DNA of 41,560 nt, taken from NCBI GenBank assembly GCA_934101605.1, contig CAKORS010000001.1:1-41560 (forward strand), read 5' to 3'. Positions within the stretch are counted from its first letter, which is position 1. The number at the start of each line of letters is the position of its first letter. Positions 36,574 through 41,560 of this stretch are shown in pieces. The position numbers and the translations under genes were made by a program. The notes below the pieces were generated by a model. It worked only from the letters and a program-made list of their open reading frames with translations. It did no database searches and was not told where the DNA came from. The stretch is from an uncultured Bacilli bacterium. GTDB taxonomy: Bacteria; Bacillota_I; Bacilli_A; RF39; UBA660.

Positions 36574-39069
36574 ATGGCATTTTTAAAAAGATTGTTTGAT
36601 CATGAATATAAAGAATTAAAAAGATTTTGTGATATAGCAGATAAAATAGAGGAACTTGATGAAGAATATGGAAAATTAAGTGATGAAGAATTAAAACATA
36701 AAACTATTGAGTTAAAGGAAGAGCTTAAGAATGGAAAAACTGTTGATGATATAGTTGTTCCTGCTTTTGCTACTGCAAGAGAAGCTTGTTATAGAGTTAT
36801 TGGAGAAAAACCTTATTATGTTCAATTACTTGGTGGACTTGCTTTACATTATGGTAATATAGCAGAGATGAAGACTGGAGAAGGTAAAACTTTAACTAGT
36901 GTTTTACCAGCTTATTTGAATGCTTTAGCAGGAAAAGGAGTTCACATTATAACAGTAAATGAGTATTTATCTGGACGTGATGCTGAATGGATGGGAGAAA
37001 TTCATAGATTTTTAGGACTTACAGTTGGACTTAATCTTAGAGAGCTTTCTCCTAAAGAAAAAAGAGAACAATATGATTGTGATATATTATATACTACAAA
37101 TAATGAATTAGGATTTGATTATTTAAGAGATAATATGGCTGTAAGAAGAGAAGATAGAGTTCAACAAAGAGGACTTAATTATGCGATTATAGATGAGGTT
37201 GATTCTGTTCTTATTGATGAGGCTAGAACTCCGCTTATTATTTCTGGTGGATTTTTAGAAAGTAAAGGTTTATATTTAGATACTGATAGATTTGCTAAGA
37301 GCTTAAAAAAAGATCAAGATTTTAGTTATGATGAAAAAACTAAGAGAGTTAATTTAAATGAAGTAGGAATTACTAAGGCTGAAAAATATTTTAATGTTAG
37401 TAATTTATATGATGTTGATAATGCTACTTTAGTTCATTTTTTAAACCAAGCTTTGCAAGCTAATTTTAGTATGAAAAATGATGTTGATTATGTTGTTAAA
37501 GATGGAAAAGTTGTAATAGTAGATCAATTTACTGGTCGTTTAATGCCAGGACGTGCATTTAGTGATGGATTACATCAAGCGATTGAGGCTAAAGAAGGTG
37601 TTGAAATACAACAAGAAACTAAAACTCTTGCTACTATTACTTTCCAAAATTTATTTAGAATGTATAATAAATTATCTGGAATGACAGGAACAGCTAAAAC
37701 AGAAGAAGAGGAATTTAGAAATATTTATAATATGTATGTTATTACTATTCCTACTAATAAACCTGTAATAAGAAAAGATATGGCTGATATTATTTATCCT
37801 AATAAGAAGAGTAAATATAATGCTATAGTTGATGAAATTGCAAAAAGACATGAAACTGGGCAGCCTGTTTTAGTTGGAACTATTGCGATTGAAACTTCAG
37901 AAGAGATTAGTGCGCTTTTAAAGAAACGTGGAATTAAACATGAAGTTTTAAATGCTAAAAATCATGCAAGAGAAGCTGAAATTATTAAAAATGCTGGATG
38001 TAAAGGCGCTGTTACTATAGCTACTAATATGGCTGGACGTGGAACAGATATTAAGCTTGGAGAAGGTGTTAAAGAGTTAGGAGGTTTATGTGTAATAGGT
38101 ACTGAAAGACATGAATCTCGAAGAATAGATAACCAATTAAGAGGACGTTCTGGAAGACAAGGTGATCCTGGATATACGCAATTTTATATATCTATGGATG
38201 ATGATTTAATGGTTAGATTTGGATCTGATCGTATAAAATCTATTTTAGAAAGTACTGGAATGGATGAAGGACTTGCTATAAGAAGTAAGATGTTCTCTAA
38301 TAGTGTTCAAAGCGCTCAGAAACGTGTTGAAGGAAATAACTTTGATATGCGTAAGACAGTTTTAGAGTATGATGATGTTATGAATAATCAAAGAGAGATT
38401 ATTTATAAAAAAAGAAATGAAATATTAGATCAAGATTCTATTCATGAAATGGTTTTAAAATCTATGTATAATCATATAGCTGATATGGTTGATCCTTATT
38501 ATGAAAATAATACAATTTCTACAGATGATTTAGATTTAATTGTTGAATATGTTAATTCAAATTTACTTAGAAAAAATATTTCTAAAGATATATTAGATGG
38601 AAAAACTAATGATGAGGTTATTGATATTATTTATGACTTAGCTGTTAAGGAATATGAAAATAAGATTAAGGATATTCCAGAGGAAATTATTAATGAATTT
38701 GAAAAAGCTATTAGTTTAAATGTTATTGATAAATATTGGATGGAACAAATCAATACTATGTCTCATTTAAGAGAAGGTATTATATTAAGACAATATGCTC
38801 AAGATAATCCATTAAGAGCTTATACAACTGAAGGTTTTGAATTATTTGATAAGATGCTAGAAAATATTGATAAAAATATCACTTTATATTTATTAAAAGC
38901 TCAAATAACTCAAAATATTGAAAGAAAAGAAATTGCTAAAAACAAAATGACTAATAATAAAGATACTACAAGGGCAAATGTTAAAAAGGAAAAGAAGATT
39001 AAAATAGGAAGAAATGATCCTTGTCCTTGTGGCTCTGGTAAGAAGTACAAACAATGCTGTGGTAAATAG
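36574..39069 (+). CDS. secA: Preprotein translocase ATPase SecA
   Basis: MKTGEGKT, the DEAD-like box IIDEVDSVLIDEARTPLII and TNMAGRGTDI. C-terminal zinc motif CPCGSGKKYKQCCGK. AGGAGG lies 7 nt before ATG 36574. Confidence 0.98.
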   Translation: MAFLKRLFDHEYKELKRFCDIADKIEELDEEYGKLSDEELKHKTIELKEELKNGKTVDDIVVPAFATAREACYRVIGEKPYYVQLLGGLALHYGNIAEMKTGEGKTLTSVLPAYLNALAGKGVHIITVNEYLSGRDAEWMGEIHRFLGLTVGLNLRELSPKEKREQYDCDILYTTNNELGFDYLRDNMAVRREDRVQQRGLNYAIIDEVDSVLIDEARTPLIISGGFLESKGLYLDTDRFAKSLKKDQDFSYDEKTKRVNLNEVGITKAEKYFNVSNLYDVDNATLVHFLNQALQANFSMKNDVDYVVKDGKVVIVDQFTGRLMPGRAFSDGLHQAIEAKEGVEIQQETKTLATITFQNLFRMYNKLSGMTGTAKTEEEEFRNIYNMYVITIPTNKPVIRKDMADIIYPNKKSKYNAIVDEIAKRHETGQPVLVGTIAIETSEEISALLKKRGIKHEVLNAKNHAREAEIIKNAGCKGAVTIATNMAGRGTDIKLGEGVKELGGLCVIGTERHESRRIDNQLRGRSGRQGDPGYTQFYISMDDDLMVRFGSDRIKSILESTGMDEGLAIRSKMFSNSVQSAQKRVEGNNFDMRKTVLEYDDVMNNQREIIYKKRNEILDQDSIHEMVLKSMYNHIADMVDPYYENNTISTDDLDLIVEYVNSNLLRKNISKDILDGKTNDEVIDIIYDLAVKEYENKIKDIPEEIINEFEKAISLNVIDKYWMEQINTMSHLREGIILRQYAQDNPLRAYTTEGFELFDKMLENIDKNITLYLLKAQITQNIERKEIAKNKMTNNKDTTRANVKKEKKIKIGRNDPCPCGSGKKYKQCCGK

Positions 39070-39112
39070 CTTATTTTATAAGGGCTTGTACAATTGGAAT
39101 TAGTCAAAAAAC

Positions 39113-39229
39113 CACTAAATTGTGTGCAAAAACACTAAATTGTGTGCAATTTGTGTGCGAAAAATAAAAAATCATGTACACAAATTCATTTAACCCATAT
39201 AAATAAAGGGTTTGTGTTATCCACACAAA
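39113..39229. repeat. Array of six TTGTGT(G)-core motifs, including a 17-bp tandem pair and a short palindrome
   Basis: CACTAAATTGTGTGCAA at 39113-39129 and 39133-39149 (20-bp period). TTGTGTGCG at 39151-39159. An inverted copy TGTACACAA at 39176-39184. TTTGTGT-TATCC-ACACAAA at 39211-39229. Confidence 0.8.
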
Positions 39230-39236
39230 ATCATGA

Positions 39237-39261
39237 AATCAACATTCGTGTTGATTTTTTT
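39237..39261 (+). terminator. Intrinsic terminator (possibly the real secA transcript end)
   Basis: AATCAACA-TTCG-TGTTGATT hairpin followed by a T7 run. Confidence 0.65.
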
Positions 39262-39264
39262 CGT

Positions 39265-39283
39265 CCTCTAAAAGATTTAGAGG
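39265..39283 (+). promoter_or_regulatory. Hairpin sequestering an SD-like AGAGG
   Basis: CCTCTAAA-AGA-TTTAGAGG. The 3' arm is the only SD-like sequence ahead of the ATG at 39295. Confidence 0.35.
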
Positions 39284-39410
39284 AAGAAAAATTTATGGCA
39301 CAAGTGAACATCATAAAATTAATCAAAAATTAAATTCAGTCAGAAGTAATTTTTAATATAATAAAATTTAATGAAATTTATGTTGATTTAATAAAACCAG
39401 TAATATTAAA

Positions 39411-39419
39411 TGATATAAT
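39411..39419 (+). promoter_or_regulatory. Extended -10 element TGATATAAT upstream of the WYL regulator gene
   Basis: TGnTATAAT, 20 nt upstream of ATG 39440. AAGGAAG RBS. Confidence 0.45.
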
Positions 39420-39439
39420 GAAATAAAGGAAGTGAAAAG

Positions 39440-40030
39440 ATGGGCAAAGTATCAAATGCTATTCAAATGTTAAACTATTTGAATACAGGGAATAAATATA
39501 CCGTAAAGGAACTATCAGAAAAAATAGGTATTACTGAACGTATGGTTAGATATTATAAAGTAGAATTAGAACAAGCAGGAATTCCAATAGAAACATTTAT
39601 GGGACCGAATGGAGGATATTACATACTAAATATCAAAAATCAGTATAACCATTTTAATAAATATGATCTTCAATTATTAGAAAATGTTAATATGCTGTTA
39701 GAAAAATTAGGATATGAAGATATTGTAAAATATAAAAGATTAATTAATAAAATTAAATTTGCAAGTGATGTAGAGGAGGAAAAGAGTAAATATTTTTTGG
39801 ATAATGGGACTAATGGTAAATCTGTATTATATTTTACTTTAAATGATGCAATTTCAAATAAAAAACCACTAAAAATATTATATAGGAATTTAAAACAAGA
39901 ATGGCAAGAAAGAATAATTCATCCTTTACAAATATTTAATTATGATAATAAATTTTACGTAACAGCATATTGCGAACTTAGGGATGATATTAGACATTTT
40001 GAAATAGATAGAATAAAGTTAAATAATTAA
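39440..40030 (+). CDS. Short HTH-WYL domain transcriptional regulator
   Basis: N-terminal winged HTH (YTVKELSEKIGITERMVRYYKVELEQAGIPI). C-terminal WYL-type barrel (LKILYRNLKQEWQERIIHPLQIFNYDNKFYVTAYCELRDDIRHFEIDRI). Only 196 aa, with no C-terminal extension domain. Confidence 0.8.
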   Translation: MGKVSNAIQMLNYLNTGNKYTVKELSEKIGITERMVRYYKVELEQAGIPIETFMGPNGGYYILNIKNQYNHFNKYDLQLLENVNMLLEKLGYEDIVKYKRLINKIKFASDVEEEKSKYFLDNGTNGKSVLYFTLNDAISNKKPLKILYRNLKQEWQERIIHPLQIFNYDNKFYVTAYCELRDDIRHFEIDRIKLNN

Positions 40031-40090
40031 TAATTTAGACATAATATTGCCTATATATGCGGTATAATAGATTTATGAGAGGTGATATTT

Positions 40091-40570
40091 ATGTCTAATC
40101 AAAAAAAATTTATTGATTTTGACGGAGTAATATTTGATACAGAAAAAAGAGTTGTTGAAAGAAAAGATCAGAACCCTGATATAAGTTGGGATGCATTTTT
40201 TGAAAAACTAGATTGGTTTGAATTACTAGATGAATCAAAAGTAATCAATAACGCTATTGATTATATTTTAGAGGGACAAGCCAAATCTAAACAACTTTCT
40301 ATTTTAACTAAAATACATACTTTGGTTGAGATGGAAGCAAAAGCAAAAGCATTAAGGAGTAGAAAAGTAGAAGTACCAATTTTGTTTGTTCCACCACATG
40401 TGAAAAAAAGCCAAATATATTTACCAAATAATGGAGAAATTTTAATTGATGATAGTATTAAAAATTTAATTGATTGGGAACAAAAAGGAGGAACAAGTAT
40501 TTATTTTAATGAAGATTTAGATTCTATTAGTCAGTTTGAAACTGTAAAAACTTTGAGCAAAATTTTATAG
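40091..40570 (+). CDS. Small HAD-superfamily phosphatase, 5'(3')-deoxyribonucleotidase (NT5C/YorS)-like
   Basis: Motif I IDFDGVIFDT, motif II ILTK and motif IV LIDDSIKNL, at about 160 aa. GAGAGGTGA RBS before ATG 40091. Subfamily assignment is tentative. Confidence 0.6.
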   Translation: MSNQKKFIDFDGVIFDTEKRVVERKDQNPDISWDAFFEKLDWFELLDESKVINNAIDYILEGQAKSKQLSILTKIHTLVEMEAKAKALRSRKVEVPILFVPPHVKKSQIYLPNNGEILIDDSIKNLIDWEQKGGTSIYFNEDLDSISQFETVKTLSKIL

Positions 40571-40579
40571 GAGGTTATT

Positions 40580-41560
40580 ATGATAAGTGAAAAATTATTA
40601 AATAATTATCAAAAAGCATTGCAGCAAAAATATAATGCAGTATGCTTTGATATTGATGGAACATTAACAGAAGATAATTCAACAAAGATAGATCCACGTG
40701 TTTTGCCAATGTTAGCAAATATGTTAAAAAAACATATTCCAGTAGTTTTTATTACAGGTCGAGGAGAGACTGGATTAAATGATTTATTAAGTGATATTAT
40801 TTATGATTTAAAAAACAAATATGAAATTACCAAAAAACAATTGTTAAAAATGTATGCACTTACTAATGATGGTGCAAGGATATTCATGACTAGTGATGGT
40901 AGTGAAAAACTTTTTAATGTTAGTGAATATATATCATCTAAAGAAGATTTTATTAAATTAGAAGAATTAAATAAAAAAATTATTTCTTTATTAAATACAT
41001 CTCTTTTAAATGAACATTGTAAGGTTACTTATTCAATAGATTCTAAAACAAACTCTATAATAAATATAAGAATAATGATTTTGAACGATAGTTTAGAATT
41101 TAATAATGAGATAATAAGAACTATTAATTCATTAATAAGGGATTCACAAAGCTCAAATTTAAACTTAACAATAGGAATGCATAATGGCAAACATGTTTTA
41201 CAAATAGGTACTGCCACCAAAAATAAAGCCATACAAGTTGCTGAAAGAATGATAGGTATTCCACAAAATTCAATGCTTCGAATTGGAGATTGTGGTGATC
41301 AACTTGGAAACGATTATTCTATGTTAAATTGTCCACAAGGATTTAGCGTTGAAAAAACAAGTGGAGATTTTGATAAATGTTTTCCAGTTATTGATAACGG
41401 AAAAATAATAACAGGTGTAAATGGTACTTTAAGTTTATTAAAAAAAGTAAAATTACTGCCTACAATTTGTTTGGAACATGCTATACAAAGCGAATATGCA
41501 AGAGCCTATGCTAAAGTGGAAAAGAAAATGACACAAGGAAAAAACAATAAAATTACATAT
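40580..41560 (+). CDS. HAD-IIB (Cof-like) phosphatase-family protein, 3' end outside the window (absent from ORF track)
   Basis: GGAGG lies 4 nt before ATG 40580. The frame stays open for 327 codons to the window end. Motifs FDIDGTLTE, VVFITGRG, ATKNKA and GDCGDQLGND. Sequence continues past the usual HAD end (…LPTICLEHAIQSEYARAYAKVEKK…). Confidence 0.75.
   Translation, partial: MISEKLLNNYQKALQQKYNAVCFDIDGTLTEDNSTKIDPRVLPMLANMLKKHIPVVFITGRGETGLNDLLSDIIYDLKNKYEITKKQLLKMYALTNDGARIFMTSDGSEKLFNVSEYISSKEDFIKLEELNKKIISLLNTSLLNEHCKVTYSIDSKTNSIINIRIMILNDSLEFNNEIIRTINSLIRDSQSSNLNLTIGMHNGKHVLQIGTATKNKAIQVAERMIGIPQNSMLRIGDCGDQLGNDYSMLNCPQGFSVEKTSGDFDKCFPVIDNGKIITGVNGTLSLLKKVKLLPTICLEHAIQSEYARAYAKVEKKMTQGKNNKITY

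Noticed and set aside
39217-39225. Perfect DnaA-box 9-mer TTATCCACA inside the TTTGTGT/ACACAAA palindrome.
   Set aside because: It is a single isolated box 39 kb from recF/gyrB, with no cluster, DnaA-trio or AT-rich unwinding element next to it. The surrounding TTGTGTGCA repeats match the DnaA box at only about 6/9. It is most simply part of the local repeat array.
39142-39333. Track ORF of 63 aa (MCNLCAKNKK...) in the secA-WYL intergenic region.
   Set aside because: It starts at a GTG inside the TTGTGTGC repeat, has no RBS, and reads straight through a terminator hairpin with its T-run and a second hairpin. The region is better explained as non-coding repeats and structures.
2770-40700. Other CACGTG cores (gyrA 2770-2775, ftsH 24957-24962, last HAD gene 40695-40700) considered as additional parS sites.
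   Set aside because: The flanking bases do not match the parS arms (TGTTT/AAACA). At best one half-site is partially similar.
830-41232. All '-' strand ORFs in the track: 830-1039, 1310-1546, 4224-4409, 6996-7199, 7525-7719, 11584-11817, 16626-16862, 23818-24015, 26103-26336, 26412-26633, 26876-27082, 27083-27364, 29022-29369, 30883-31065, 31296-31517, 38910-39107 and 41029-41232.
   Set aside because: Each lies antisense within (or mostly within) a well-supported + strand gene. Their products are low-complexity, I/F/N/S/L-rich translations typical of AT-rich antisense frames. None has a convincing RBS or recognisable motif.
1-41560. Search for CRISPR arrays, tRNA/rRNA genes, transposases, integrases, toxin-antitoxin pairs and retron-like RT genes.
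   Set aside because: I could find no regularly spaced repeat-spacer structure, no cloverleaf-like or rRNA-like conserved stretches, and no ORF with recombinase, RT or toxin motifs. The only mobile-DNA hints are the indirect ones reported after secA.

Overview
Visibly AT-rich, origin-proximal core chromosome segment of an endospore-forming low-GC Bacillota genome. It uses the standard code (TGA acts as a stop, e.g. at the recF end). I cannot assign a genus. Every gene I consider real is on the + strand: about 47 CDS, one small SRP RNA and one T-box leader. Gene order: recF (5' partial)-gyrB-gyrA | NBS + parS + SRP RNA-tadA + three more parS | dnaX-ybaB-recR-bofA | holB-ricT | pth-mfd | spoVT | T-box-metG | 49-aa ORF | tatD | SipW-type signal peptidase | rsmA-yabG-veg | spoVG | yabP-yabQ-divIC | tilS-ftsH | 145-aa orphan-dusB | YfcC-like permease | clpC | cysS-YugP-like peptidase-mrnC-rlmB-sigH-two unknowns-HD hydrolase | secA. 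Just after secA (about 39.1 kb) the character changes. There is a 117-bp array of TTGTGT(G) motifs and two hairpins. Then follows an accessory-looking module with a different synonymous-codon preference: a short HTH-WYL regulator plus two HAD-superfamily phosphatases. The last phosphatase gene is open at the window end and is missing from the supplied ORF track. This truncated WYL/HAD module is my best candidate for an undescribed system, but its function cannot be settled from this window. The strongest non-coding signals are four parS sites within 700 bp flanking tadA, and a perfect 22-bp palindrome matching the Noc-binding site, with a 15/16 copy inside dnaX. Others are a small SRP RNA with a consensus promoter (partly swallowed by the track's over-long tadA ORF) and a Met-specific T-box upstream of metG. 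All '-' strand ORFs in the track look like antisense artefacts. I found no rRNA, tRNA, CRISPR array, transposase or integrase.
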